The notes below the pieces were generated by a model. That model saw only the letters and a list, made by a program, of their open reading frames with translations, was not told the DNA's origin and ran no database searches. The position numbers were made by a program, and so were the translations under genes. From NCBI RefSeq assembly GCF_963921235.1, contig NC_086126.1, positions 17,670,001 through 17,734,000 on the forward strand: 64,000 bases of DNA, written 5' to 3'. This DNA is from Mobula hypostoma. Its lineage: Eukaryota. This document shows positions 37,101 through 50,085 of the stretch, piece after piece. Position 1 is the stretch's first letter. The number at the start of each line of letters is the position of its first letter.

Positions 37101-40100
37101 TATACCTAAAATCTCTATTGCAGATATGAATACATTAGATGCACCTATTAAACAAGAGGAAATAGCAAGGGCTATATCCTCTCTCCAATCAGCTGAGGCT
37201 CCTGGACTGGATGGATATACAGTGGAATTTTATAAGACTTTTACTGATATACTATACCTCATTTATGTCAAGCTTTCACTGATTCTATGTCCTCTGGGAC
37301 TTCCCTGAAAACTTTCTATGAAGCTTCAATCTCTTTAATTCCTAAAAAAAAGATAAAGATTTATCTGAATACGCCTCTTATACACTATTTTCTCTATTGA
37401 ATGTGGATTTTAAAATTCTCTCTAAGATCTTGGCTAATAGACTTGAGAATATTTTACTTGCTGTTATTTCCAATGACAAAACTGGATTTATTAAAAATAG
37501 ATATTCACATTTTAATATTCCAAGATTATGAAATATGATTCACTCTTCTCTATCTAAAGAATCTGAATGTGTTATTTCTCTTGATGCAGAGAAAGCTGTT
37601 GATAGGGTGGAGTGGTCTTTCTTACTTATTTGAGGTTTTGGAAAGATTTAATCTTGGCCCGGGATTTATTTCCTGGATTAAATTGATCTATCATGTTCCC
37701 ATGGCTGCTGTTATAACTAATAATCAAAAATCTGCCTATTTTAGATTACATAGAGGTACTCGACAGGGATGGCCTCTTCGCCCTTTATTATTTAACTTGG
37801 CCTTAGAACCCCTTGCTATTGCTCTTAGAGATTCTAACGCTGTCCAGGGTATTAAGAGAGGGGACAAAGTACACAAGGTTTCGTTATATGCGGATGACCT
37901 GTTAGTTTATATTTCAGATCCTGGGAAATCTATTCCTTTTATGTACCTATACCTTCTGAATTCAGTAGTTTTTCTGGGTATAAATTAAATTTACATAAAA
38001 GTGAGTTATTTCCTATTAATAATTACTCAGATCCAAATCATCAAGTACCTTTTAGTATTGCTAAAAATTACTTTATTAAAATTACTAAAAATTTTAAAGA
38101 TCTTTATACATATAATTTTTTTTCCATTAATTAACTACACCAAACAAATGCTCTCTAAATGGTCGCCCATGACATTATCATTAATAGGTCTAATTAATGC
38201 TATTAAAGTGATAGTTTTACCAAATTTTTATATATATTTCAGGCAGTTCCTTCCTTTGTTCCTAAAATAGAATAGATTCTATAATTTTGTCCTATATTTG
38301 GAACAACAAAAATCCTAGATTGAGTAAACCCTTATTGCAGAAATTAAAAAAGGATGGTAGTATGGTTTTGCCTAACTTTAGGATGTATTATTGGGCAATT
38401 AATATTCAATACATTACCTTTTGGATTCACTATTCAGATATATACGAATGTCCTTCATGGTTGGATTTGGAGGTAAACTCAGTGAAAGGATTCTCTTTGG
38501 CCTCTTTACTGGGAGCCCCTCTTCCTTTTTTGTTTTCTAAGATTAGTAGACAGGATTTTAATCCCATTATTAAATATACATTAAGAATTTGGTTTCAGTT
38601 TCATAGATTTTTTGAATTAAATAATTTTATTCTTTCTAGTAATATTCATCTCAATTATCTTTTTAAACCATCAATTTTGGATAAGGCCTTTTTAATGTGG
38701 AAACCAAGGGAATAATAACTTTTTCAGATTTGTTTTTCGAGGACTGTTTAATGACTTTCTCTCAACTAGTGGATAAATATGATTTAGCTAATGTACACTT
38801 TTTTAGATATTTACAAATTAGGAATTTTTTACGTCGTTTTATTGCCAAATTGCCCTTCTGCTTATCCACCTAATATGACAGACGCTCTCTTTCAGTTTAA
38901 ACCATTTCAAAAAGGGTTGATAGCTATAATCGATAAATGGTTATTGAACTCAGGAATGATATCTAATGATAAAATTAAACGCGCTTGGGAATCGGAATTT
39001 CAAGAGTCATTTTCAGATAATTAATGGAGTAAAATTTTTTATTTGGTTAACAATTCATCTCTTTGTGCCCGTCATTCCTATATACAGTTCAAGGTAGTGC
39101 ATCGGGCCCATATGTCAAAGGATAAACTAGCGCGTATTTTCTCCAATATCAATCCTATTTGTGACAGAAGTAATACTGAGCTGGCCACTTTAACTCATAT
39201 GTATTGGTCTTGTATAAAGCTAGATAACTTTTGGAGAGATGTTTTTAAAATACTATCGAAAGTTTTGGATCTGGATTTACAACCTAATTTGCTTACAGCA
39301 ATTTTTGGGATTATCTCATCGGAAGCAGGAAATATTCATGACCGATTCAACGTACGATAGCCTTTTCGACCTTACTGGCTAGGAGAGCCATTTTATTCAC
39401 CTGGAAGGATTCTGGTCCACCTACGGTCTTTTATTCACTTTCCTCCATTATGTCCTGTTTAAGTTTAGAGAAAATAGTAAGTCGGACATTTGATACATCC
39501 TTTAAATTTGAGCAAATCCGGTGACCTTTTATCCAATATTATCATTCAATTTGATTTATTACTCTTTCAATCTTTTTTTTGAAGTTTTAGATTGGATCAG
39601 AAAGTCTTTCTTTTTTTTAGTCGTATCCTCAAATGGACTGCCCAGTCCCTTTTTTTTCTTCTTCTTTTGTTTATTTTTTTTTCATGTAGTGTAGTGGGTT
39701 TTTTTCCTCTTCATTTTAAACTCAATGTTTTTTCTTCTCTCTTTATGAACTGATAAGAGGAGAATTATTTTCCTTTTTTTATTATATGTTATTAGTTTAA
39801 ATATATCTATGATTTTGATAATGTTTGTCTTAATCTTGGTTTATATTGTTACTGTTATGTATATTTGAGATAATTCTCCTCTCAATTGTATTTATGCTCC
39901 TTTTAAATTAATAAAAAGATTAATAAAGAAAGAAGAGGGCAAGACTGTGGACACGATCTATATAGACCCTTAGAATGGCATTTGAAAAAGACCCCTGGAA
40001 TTCAATATAAATATCAATTTTGATTCAGAAATGGCTCCCTCAGAGAAGGCTAAGTAGGGCTGGAAGTCCGTGAGCAGTGCTGATCCACAAGGATTGATGC

Positions 40101-40530
40101 TGGGAATTATGTTGTTTGTGATATATACCAAAGTTTGGATGAAAATGTTTATGGGTGGCTTACGAGTCTACAGGTGGAATTGTGGACAGTGTAAATATTG
40201 ATCAATGCACACAGTGGGATATAGATCACAAACAGATATGCAGAGCAGTTGCAGAAGGAACTTAATCTGGGAGAGTGTGCCGAGTTCCACTTTGGGAGGT
40301 CAAATGAAATTAGAAAGTATAATGTTAATGATTGACCCCTTCACAGCATTGGTGTAAAGAGTGATCTTGGGATCCAGGCACATAGTTCACTGAACGTGGC
40401 TACACAACAGAGTAAGGTGTACAGAATGCTGGTTTCCACTGATCAGAGTGTTGAGTATAAGAGTAAGGGAGTCATATACTTAACCAGGCATACAGATGTA
40501 CAGGGAATGGACCATGTGCAGGTAGGTGGT
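34165..40530 (+). mobile_element. Old CR1 interrupted by a minus-strand CR1 (~34857-35810) and an L1
   Basis: EN remnant GQGWQLNIPGF at 34168; RT remnant resumes after 39945. Confidence 0.65.
35835..39931 (+). mobile_element. L1-clade LINE, 5'-truncated with apparent 5' inversion
   Basis: 14-bp TSD GAAGAGGGCAAGAC at 35821-35834 and 39932-39945; ORF2 pieces (MGGDFNC, SDHAP, RGTRQG, YADD, HMYWSC); AATAAA and A-rich tail. Confidence 0.9.
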
Positions 40531-40534
40531 TTAA

Positions 40535-41199
40535 ACATAGAAACATAGAAAATAGGTGCAGGAGTAGGCCATTCGGCCCTTCAAGCCTGCACCGCCATTT
40601 ATTATGATCAAGGCTGATCATCCAACTCAGAACCCCGCCCCAGCCTTCCCTCCATACCCCCTGACCCCCATAGCCACAAGGGCCATATCTAACTCCCTCT
40701 TAAATATAGCCAATGAACTGGCCTCAACAGTTTCCTGTGGCAGAGAATTCCACAGATTCACCACTCTCTGTGTGAAGAAGTTTTTCCTAATCTCGGTCCT
40801 AAAAGGCTTCCCCTCTATCCTCAAACTGTGACCCCTCGTTCTGGACTTCGCCAACATTGGGAACAATCTTCCTGCATCTAGCCTGTCCAATCCCTTTAGG
40901 ATCTTATACGTTTCAATCAGATCCCCCCTCAATCTTCTAAATTCCAACCAGTACAAGCCCAATTCATCCAGTACTTTCTTCATATGAAAGTCCCGCCATC
41001 CCAGGAATCAATCAGGTGAACCTTCTTTGTACTCCCTCTATGGCAAAGATGTCTTTCCTCAGATTAGGGGACCAAAACTGCACACAATACTCCAGGTGTG
41101 GTCTCACCAAGGCCTTGTACAACTACAGTAGTACCTCCCTGCTCCTGTACTCGAATCCTCTCGCTATAAATGCCAGCACACCATTCGCCTTTTTCACCT
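40535..41199 (-). mobile_element. Young CR1 3' fragment
   Basis: Closely matches ~53150-53808; AGAAACAT-type tail. Confidence 0.9.
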
Positions 41200-41377
41200 C
41201 TGTTCCATATTGTGTACTGACGAATATGTTTGATCTAACAGCTATTGCAGGGACGTGGTTACAGAGACTGGGACTGGGAATTCGACATTCCATCATGTTC
41301 AATGTTCCACACGGAATCAGCAAAATGGAAAGGAGCAGGGTGGATTTGTTCATAATGTGCTGGTGAAGGAGTGGATA

Positions 41378-42640
41378 CAGTGCCTATAAAAAAGGTTCAG
41401 TCTCCTTGGCAGTTTTTATGTTTTACGTTGAATCATAGTGGATTTAATTTGGCCTCTTTTTAAAAATATTGATCATCAGAAAAGACTGTGGTGTCAAAAT
41501 GAAAAGAGATCTTTACAGAGTGATCTAAGTTGATTGCAAATATAAAATACAAAGTTATTCACCTCCTTCAAGTCAGTATTTAGGTGATGCATCTTTGCAG
41601 CAATTCTCTATCAGCTTTGCACATCGGGACACTGCAATTTTTCCCCGTTATTCCTTACAAAACTGCTCAAGATCTGTCAGAACACATGCAGTTTGTGCGC
41701 GAACAGTCACAAATTCTCAATTGGATTGAGGTCTGGACTCTCACAAAGCCACTCCAGGACATTAACTTTGTTGTTTTAAGGCATTCCTGTGCAGCTTTGG
41801 TTTTGTGCTTGCGGTCATTGTCTTGCTGGAAAATAAATTTTCTCCTAAGTCTCAGTTTTTGCAGGCAGCATTAGGTTTTCCTCCAGGATTTCCCTGTATT
41901 TTGATGCATTCATTTTACCCTCTACCTTCACAGGCCTTCTGGGGTCTGCTGCAGAGAAGTATCCCCACAGTATGATGCAGCCACCACCGTGCTTCACGGT
42001 AGGGATGGTGTGTTTTTGATTATGTGCAGTGTTTGGCTTACACCAGACTTAGTGTTTAGTCTGATTGTCAAAAAAAAGTTCAGTTTTGGTTTCAAACCAT
42101 AGAACCTACTTCCAGCCAACTTCAGAGTCCTCCTCGTCTTCTGACAAACTCCAGCTGAGATTTCATGAGAGCTTTTTTCAACGGTGGCTTTCTCTTTGCC
42201 ACTGTCCCATAAAGCTGTGACAGGTGAAGCATCTGGTTAACAATTGTTGTATGCTCAATCGCTCCCATCTTAGCCCCTGAAGCTTGTAACCTCTCTAGAG
42301 TTATCAAAGGAGTCTTGGTAGCCTCTCTCTCTCTCTGGTTCCCTTCTTGCACGGCTGCTCAGTTTTTGACGACTGCCTGCTCCAGGTAGATTACAGCTGT
42401 GCCATATTCTTTCCATTTCTGGGTGATTGACTAAATTGTACTCCAAGGGATATTCAGTGACATGGAAATTTGCTTGTAACCATCTCCTAACTTGTGCTTT
42501 TCAATAAATTTTCAGAGCTGCTTGGCGTGTTCTTTTGCCTTCATGGTGTAGTTTTTGCCAGGGTACTGACTACCAACAGTAGTGTATTTTTACTATAATC
42601 AATTGAAACACCTTGACTGCACACGGTGCTCTCCATTTAA
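41378..42640 (-). mobile_element. Tc1-like DNA transposon relic
   Basis: TA-CAGTGCC terminus; minus strand PTVKHGGGCIILWGYFS..KYREILEENL and HTH region in ORF 42122..42352; other end lost. Confidence 0.85.
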
Positions 42641-42642
42641 AA

Positions 42643-43420
42643 ACGCAAACAGGAGGAAATCTACAGATGCTGGAATTTCAAGCAACACACATAAAAATTG
42701 CTGGTGGATGCAGCAGGCCGGGCAGCATTTATAGGAAGAGGTACAGTTGAAGTTTCAGGCCGAGACCCTTCATCAGGACTAACTGTAAGAAGAGCTAGTA
42801 AGAGATTTGGAAGTGGGAGGGGGAGGGGGAGATCCGAAATGATAGGAGAAGACAGGAGGGGGAGGGATGGAGCCAAGAGCTGGGAAGTCGATTAGCAAAA
42901 GGGATACGAGGCTAGAGAAGGGAGAAGATCATGGGACGGGAGGACTAGGGAGAAAGAAAGGGGGAGGGGGGAAGCCCAGAGGATGGGCAAGGAGTATAGT
43001 GAGAGGGACAGAGGGAGAAAAAGCAGAGAGAGAGGGGGAAAAAAATAAATAAATAATGGATGGGGTACGAAGAGGAGGTGGATCACCTTATATTCCGTCT
43101 GGGTTGCCTCCAACCTGATGGCATGAACATTGACTTCTCTAACTTCCGTTAATGCCCCACCTCCCCCTCGTAACCCATCCGTTATTTATTTATTTATTTA
43201 TTATTAATTTTTTTTCTCTCTCTCTCTCCTTTTCCTCCTCTGCTCAGAACGGCGCTTAGTTACAGAGTTGCTGAAGGAACATCTGGGGAAAGAGGTTGAA
43301 CCCAACGTCCCATGTTCTTGGTGCAAACACGAGCAAATCTGCAGATGCTGGTATTTCAAGCAACGCACATAAAAATTGCTGGTAAACGCAGCAGGCCAGG
43401 CAGCATCTCTAGGAAGAGCC
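42643..43420. mobile_element. Cluster of PLE terminal fragments in opposite orientations
   Basis: Minus tail 42643-43083 (hammerhead-like core 42745-42780), plus-strand QPDGMN end 43084-43240, another minus piece 43325-43420. Confidence 0.8.
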
Positions 43421-43563
43421 ATGTTTCCCATGTTCTTGGGAAACTCCCCCGTTCCATCCTCACTGCAAACTTGTTCCATAGTCTCAGTGATCACTTCAAA
43501 ACCTTTTTTTTTTGGCTCAAAATTGTCTTGTACATCCAGTTAATATTTGAAGCAGGAAACAGT

Positions 43564-43634
43564 CTCCCCATTGGGGAACTGAACCCCGTCTCCCACGTGG
43601 CGGGCCGGGAGACTAACCCTAACCCTAACGAGGA
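43564..43634 (-). pseudogene. tRNA-Asp pseudogene
   Basis: Aligns with tRNA-Asp at 60605-60676 but has many substitutions, a 1-nt deletion, anticodon GTC>GCC and an altered D arm. Confidence 0.85.
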
Positions 43635-43659
43635 TATACAAGGATATGGAATCTGTCAC

Positions 43660-44538
43660 TGTCATGGTCCGGTCCGTGATGTCCGTATTCCAGTTCATGG
43701 TCTGGTCCATCGACCCTTGATCCAGGTTTTCCTATCTACCCTGTTTCTGTTCTTATTGAGATAACTGTGACAGCTGATGCTCGTTGGGGCTGGCTGCATA
43801 AATACCTTCAGAGACCAGGGCGTGGCTGCTGGATTGTTCTTGTCCTTACTCCTTGTATCCCTTCTTCTGCCTTCTGTTTCCTCACCTGAAGCCCTGCCTT
43901 GTCCTGCCGGTAACTCTCGCCTCACCTGAACTTCTCGTCTTACCTTGCTTCGCCAGTAGCCTTGCCTTGTCTTGCTGTCTGGTCCTGGAGCCACCCTGTA
44001 CCTAGCTCCCTTCCTGTCCCTTGCCTCCGCCCAGGTAAGCCAGGCCGTCTTGCCGTTACCTGGGGTCGGTTCTGTCCCTTACTGTCCCTTGCCTCTGTCG
44101 GGTGGTTCCGCACCCTGCCCAGGAGAACCGCACCCTGCCCAGGAGAACCGCACCCTGCCCAGGAGAACTGCGCCCTGCCCAGGAGGAGCCTGCCTAGCCT
44201 CTAGCCTCAAGCCAGAGGACTCCAGCCTCCTGCCTCCTGCCAAGCCAAGTCTCTAGACTCAAGCCTGAAGACTCCAGCCTCGTCCTGCCTGCCTGCCAAG
44301 CCTCGTCCTTGCCTAGTTCTGGGGTCCAAGCCAGAGGCAAGACCCAGGTACTGGGTCCTTGTCCAGTCTCTGTCTCGGAGTCCAAGCCCGGGCTCCTAGC
44401 TCTCTTGTCCAGCCCTGTTCCAGGTTCCTGGTTTTCCTGTCCATGTCCTTGTCATCGCCCTGTATCCTAGTCCTGTCCCTCGTACTTCAGTGTCTGTGTC
44501 TTGCACTTGGGTCCGTTCCCTGTCACCTCCTTATGACA
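43660..44538. mobile_element. Solo LTR, family A, copy 2
   Basis: TGTCAT...ATGACA termini; 5-bp TSD GTCAC at 43655-43659 and 44539-44543. Confidence 0.9.
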
Positions 44539-44993
44539 GTCACACGGATTTCGGGGTACAGAGTCACCCTGACGTTTGTTTATTGAGTGTGGATCTGGCG
44601 CTTTTTATTCATCCCTTTCTCACTGTGTGACTGGAGGGTCTCAGGATTCTTTAGCGATTCAGTCACTTACTGTGTTCATGGACTGGCCGATTGATGGGCT
44701 CCCATCAGCGTGTGGTTTGAAAGGACGATTATAATCAGGATTTGTTTATCCATTTGGTGATGTGCGAGGCAGGGTAGGATCCCATTAGTAGCTGTTCGAC
44801 TCGTTCAGGGCTCGGTTCTAACTCAGTCTGATTTCTGCTCGCCGTGAGTTCTATAACTCCGGTCTGTTGGGGACTGTGACATTAATTGCAGCAGAGTGAA
44901 CAATGATCCGACAGAAAGCAGCTCCTTGACTGGTCGAGTCACATGGAACTATGAGAAACGCCTCACTACTCAAATCTTTTGCAACGTCATGGA

Positions 44994-45065
44994 GCGATGG
45001 TGGTATAGTGGTGAGCATAGCTGCCTTCCAAGCAGTTGACCCGGGTTCGATTCCCGGCCATCGCA
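44994..45065 (+). tRNA. tRNA-Gly-TCC: tRNA-Gly (TCC)
   Basis: 72-nt cloverleaf, intact A and B boxes, TTTT terminator at 45076-45079. Confidence 0.96.
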
Positions 45066-45092
45066 GATTGTACAGTTTTAGACTACAGTAAA

Positions 45093-46141
45093 TCTATCTA
45101 TCTATATAGTACTAAAACTGTCCTGCTCTGTAGTCTGTTTGTGACCTCCAATTAGCGCAAACGGTGCATTACAGCGGCACTTTTTTTTTTGGCTAAATCG
45201 AAGTAACTTCCAGAATGCAGGCAAAGTTCAGGGTTATATATTCGTGTAGAATTGCTCATTCGCCAAAATCAACAGGCTGGGTTTCACCCGAGAGCCGATC
45301 GGCCGTCATGGAAATCGCGGCGCACGGCCCAGCCTCAGCAGCGACACCTACCGGAGCTAAAGGGCAGGGCAGCTCTATTTCGAGGGGTCACATTCTGCTA
45401 ATCACCGTCAGTATGTGCTGGATTGGGACAGATCGAGCTGCCACCCATCAATAAGAGATAATTAAATCTTATTGTAATGACGTACTTCGAGACACCCATA
45501 AAGCCCTTTGCTGCAGTCAAAGGACAGCGGTGACTATATCACGTCCATTTAGGAGAGCGCCAACCATATCATCAAGAATAATCAGCATCCTTTGGTGTCA
45601 GTGCTTTGTATCTTCTATCCCCATTAGGGTAAAAAAAAAATCGTCAGCCTAATTATGCCGCGTGGAAAGGGAAAGGGGACATTATGGTCAAGAGATGACG
45701 CCAAATGTCGTCGGGAAGCGGCAAGGAGAGGGAGAGAACAAGAATCGGATGAGGCACGACTCCAGGATCAAAGAGTCAGGACAAAAAAAAAGATGAGAGA
45801 AGAAGAGACAGAGGAGGAGAGGCGTGCACGTCTCCAGGATCAGAGACAAACAACAAACAGCAGAAGAGATGAAGAGACGGGGGATGAAAGGACTGCACGT
45901 CTCCAGAATGACAACGAGAGGCACAAGGATGGCAGATAAACCAGAAATGAGCCATCAGAAGTGTCCTTCGTTAAACGAGGAGCAGCTGTATTTGCTTTGC
46001 TACGCATCATTCTTCTTTAATAAACTGAGGTTTTCTACTTCAGTTTCCAAAGCAAAGTGATACCAACAGCATTCAGGAACATTTAATATTCATTTTGGTC
46101 ACATCAGACTGCACTACCCTTCTCTCAAAGGGTGTCCCAAC
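45093..46141 (+). mobile_element. Probable non-autonomous Helitron with STPR-like repeat ORF
   Basis: A|TC start with ATCT repeats; ORF 45655..45939 with 23-aa period ETEEERRARL / ETGDERTARL; no clean 3' hairpin-CTRR end seen. Confidence 0.6.
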
Positions 46142-46707
46142 AAACCCCTTAAATAGAACACGATCTACGCAGAACTCCAAGGGCCAAGTAATCGACCCAT
46201 GCTAATTCACGCTGTTACTGTAAATTGATTCATTAATTATCATTCACTGTGTCGTGGATGAGAGATGGAATTAAGGTCCCTCAAGAGTTTCCCGTTCAAT
46301 CCTGTTCTGACTCTATTCCAGATTCTACAAGAAAGGACACTTCACAGGAAGGATCGGCAGGATTTGTTAAGCGTTGCCGGGATGTTGCCTGATTAAAGTG
46401 TCTGAGCTAGTTTGCCTCCATTGGAATGTCCGAGCCTGAGAGGAAACTTGACCGAATTGTCAGGTAGAAAATTATGAGAGACGTGAATTGGGCAGATGGT
46501 CAGAATTGGTTTCCCAGGGCAGGGATTTGAAATTCTAAAGGGAATGAATTTAAGGTCGGAGTGGGAGAGGGTTTAAAGATGTGCGGGTCACGTTTTTAGA
46601 CAGAGTGGGGTGGGTGCTTGGAACGGGCTGCCAGATTCAGAGACGGAAGGGTGTACGATGTTTTCAGATAGGCTCATGAGTATGTTAGTGTGGAGCGACA
46701 TCGATAG

Positions 46708-48460
46708 AGACACAAAGAGAAAATCCGAAGATGATGGAAATCCAAGCAACACAGAAAATGTTGGAGGAACTCAGCAGGCCAGGCAGCATCTGTGGGGAAA
46801 ATATAGTCGATGTTTCGGGCCGAGTCCCTTCATCCGGACTGAGAAAGAACCGATGAGGAATCAGAGTTAGACGGTGAGGGGAGGAAGAAACACGAGGTGA
46901 TAGGTGAAACCAGCCGGGGGAGGGGGTGGCTGGTAAATTAAAGACCTGAAACTTTGATTGGTGAAAGAGACACTGGGCTGGAGAACAGGGAAGGAGAGGA
47001 GGCCATGGAAGAAAGAGAAGGGGGCGGAACACCAGAGGGAGGTGATGGGCAGGTAACAGATAATGTCAGAGAGGGAAAAGAGAATGGGGCTTCGTGAAGG
47101 AGGGGGCATTACCGGAAGTTTGAGAAATCAATGTTCATGCCATCAGGTTGGAAACTACCCAGATGGAATATAATGTTTTGCTCTTCCACCCTGAGCGTGG
47201 CTTCATCGCGACAATATTGGAGGCCATGGGCTGCCATGTCGGAATTGGTTTGGGAAGTGGAATTATAATGGGTGGCCACTGGGAGATCTCGCTTGTCCTG
47301 GTGGAGGGAGTGTAAGTGCTCAGTGAAGTCATCCCCCAGTCTGTGCCACGTCTCACTGATATACAGGAGGCCAAACCGGGAGCACTGGATGCAGTCCATA
47401 ACCCTGAAAAAGGGACTCCCAGCTGAAGTGTCGCCTTTCCTGGAAGGATTGCTTGGGGCCCTGAATGGTACTGAGGGCGGATGTGTCGGGGCAGGTGTAA
47501 CACTTGTTTCACTTGCAAGGGTAAGTGCCAGGAGAGAGATCAGTGAGGGGGTCGGACGCACATGGGATTCACGTGGGATCCCTGCAGAGAGCAGAACGTA
47601 GAGGGGGGAGGGAAAGATGTGTTTGGTGGTGGGATCCCGACGGAGATGGCAGAAGTTACAGAGAATTGTGTGCTGTAGGCGGATGCTGGGAGTAGGTAGG
47701 TGAGGACAAGACAAACCCTCTGTCCGGGGGAGGGAGCAAGGATGCGGTGGGGGCAGACGTGAACAAAATGGAAGAGATTCTGTTGAGAGCAGCTTTCATG
47801 GTGGAGGAAGGGACGCCCATTTCTTTGAAAAAAGACGATATCTCCTTTGTTCTTGAATGTAACGCCGTATCCTGTGGGCAGATGCGGCGGAAACGGAGGA
47901 ATTGAGAGAAGGGGCGGGCATTTTTACAAGTAACGGGGTGGGAGGAGATATAGTCCAGGTAGCTGTGAGAGTCTGTGTGGTTATAATAGACATCAGTAGA
48001 CAAGCTGTCCTCAGAGATACAGACAGAGAGATGGAGAAAACGGACGGAGCTGTCGGACATGGGACAGGTAAACTTTTGGGCAGGGTGGAAGTTGCAGGCA
48101 AAACTGATGAAGTGGACGAGATCCACATGGGTGCAGAAAGAGGTAGCAATGCCGTCATTTATATAGTGTAGGGAAAGTTAGGGAGCGATACCAGTGTAGG
48201 CTTGGAACATAGACTGTTCCACGTAGCCGACACACAGGCAGGCACAGCTGGGACCCATGCCGGTATCCATGGCTCACCTTGTGTTGAAAGGAAGTGGGAG
48301 GACAAGTTCGGCCAGACGGAGGTGAATGGTGGCGGAGGGGAGCTGGTTGGGTCTGGTATCCCGATGGAAGCGGAGAGCTTTGAGACCTTCCTGGTGTGGG
48401 GTGGGGGGGGGGTGGATTGATGTACGTGTATAGGGATTGGACATCCACAGTGAAAATAAA
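46708..48460 (-). mobile_element. Neptune-type PLE, disrupted (RT, linker, GIY-YIG, terminal repeat)
   Basis: MDVQSLYT RT motif, TDSHSYLDYISSHP, LLYISET..EH..THYN, QPDGMN. Confidence 0.88.
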
Positions 48461-48483
48461 ATGATCGTGAAACTATTTGGGAT

Positions 48484-48970
48484 TGTTACATGTTCAAGGA
48501 GGTCTGTGTTTTTTTTTTGTGAGACTGATGTAATGGTCTTTTGGAGGTCACCTGATGTGATTTTCCCGCCGATATGAGGTCACGTGATGACATGTGCACC
48601 ATGGGTATATAAGGGTCGACCCAGATGACGCAATTAGTTTTTAGTTTGAAGATTTCCAGGTGGAACATGCTGTCTCTCCGTTGCTGTTGCGTGTTTATTT
48701 TTGTGATGCAGTTTCATTTTTAAAACCGAGTATTGCGTTCTATTGCAAGATACCATATTATTGGACTGGAAATTTTTGCTAGATGTGTTGATTTACTCAG
48801 TTCCAGCAGTAGTGAAGACTTTATCGGAGTACAGGATCGAACGATCGAGAAGAGTTGGCATCGTTTGGCAGTTTAATAAAGGATCGACCTTAGTGAGTCT
48901 TCGCTGGAGGAGTAGCGACCTGCATCGCGGATAACTCTTGCCAAAAAGAGCAAAAAGTTCATGCAAAGGT

Positions 48971-49021
<51 letters not shown>

Positions 49022-49405
49022 ATAATTTAAGGTCAGTTGTTTTAAACTGTTTATTTTCGGACTCGTGTATCCTGTGGACAGAACCAGCAGGAAAGTCGTG
49101 CCTATGAAGAAATCCTTCTCCAGAGAAGTCTCTCCCAAGTGAACGTATAAATCTGTTGGACTTTCGAATGGACTTTCGAATTTACCATTTTAAGAACGAT
49201 ATCTGACTTTACCGCTTTAAGAACTGTTTTCGCATTTAACGCTTTAAGAACCAGTGCCGAGTTGTTGAACGGTTGCATAACGGTTAACTTCCGGTTAAAG
49301 CTTTTGTTTGTTTTTTTCCTTATCGCTCATCCGTGTTTAATAAATGTTTGGTTGTTTTTATATAACCTATCTCGATTGATATTCATTGTTGCCATTTACG
49401 TAACA
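48484..49405 (+). mobile_element. Solo LTR, family B
   Basis: TGTTAC...GTAACA termini; 4-bp TSD GGAT at 48480-48483 and 49406-49409; TATATAA at ~48607, AATAAA at ~49339. Confidence 0.88.
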
Positions 49406-50011
49406 GGATGAAACAAATTAGACTCCAACTGAATGATCGAGGACCCAAAATTTAATCAAGACCACGACATTAGACCCGGCAAGTCCGTTAGTTCCAGGGA
49501 TGTCGCTCGAGGAAACGCACACTTATTGTCAAAGAGAATGGTCAAGGAGTATGTAACTTACACACTCCTGACAAAAAATATACCATGCCCCCCGGGTACT
49601 GTACTCTCTGTTTCCCCTTCTTCTATCCGGCTGAAGTTACAGGACAGCACGTACTACAGGCTCGTGGATAGCTTCAGCTCCGCCGGTATGTCTGTTGGAT
49701 GGTGCCCGAGTCGATAAGATGGAGCCTTGACCTCACAATCTACCCGTTATGATGCGGCACCTGATTGTTTACCCGCACTGTGCTGTCTCTATCGCAGTTA
49801 CATTTTATTCTGCAATCTGTTATTGCTTAACATTGTTCTCTCTCAATACGCTGTGGAATCATTTGATCACCAGGAATAGTGTGAAAGAGAAATAGCGTGA
49901 AAAAACATCTTAATTCCCACTGAAGTTAACGCTGCAGTCGCAGTGTCTCCGGACAGCACAGCGTTACCCAGCTGGCAATATAACGCGCCGCAAAAACTGC
50001 CGGGTCACCAG

Positions 50012-50028
50012 CGTCCCTGGGTGGGCTC

Positions 50029-50064
<36 letters not shown>

Positions 50065-50085
50065 GACCGATTGCGCCACAGAGAC
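50012..50085 (-). tRNA. tRNA-Asn-GTT: tRNA-Asn (GTT)
   Basis: 74-nt GTCTCTGTGGCGCAATCGG...CCCAGGGACG; T5 terminator at 49992-49996. Confidence 0.96.
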
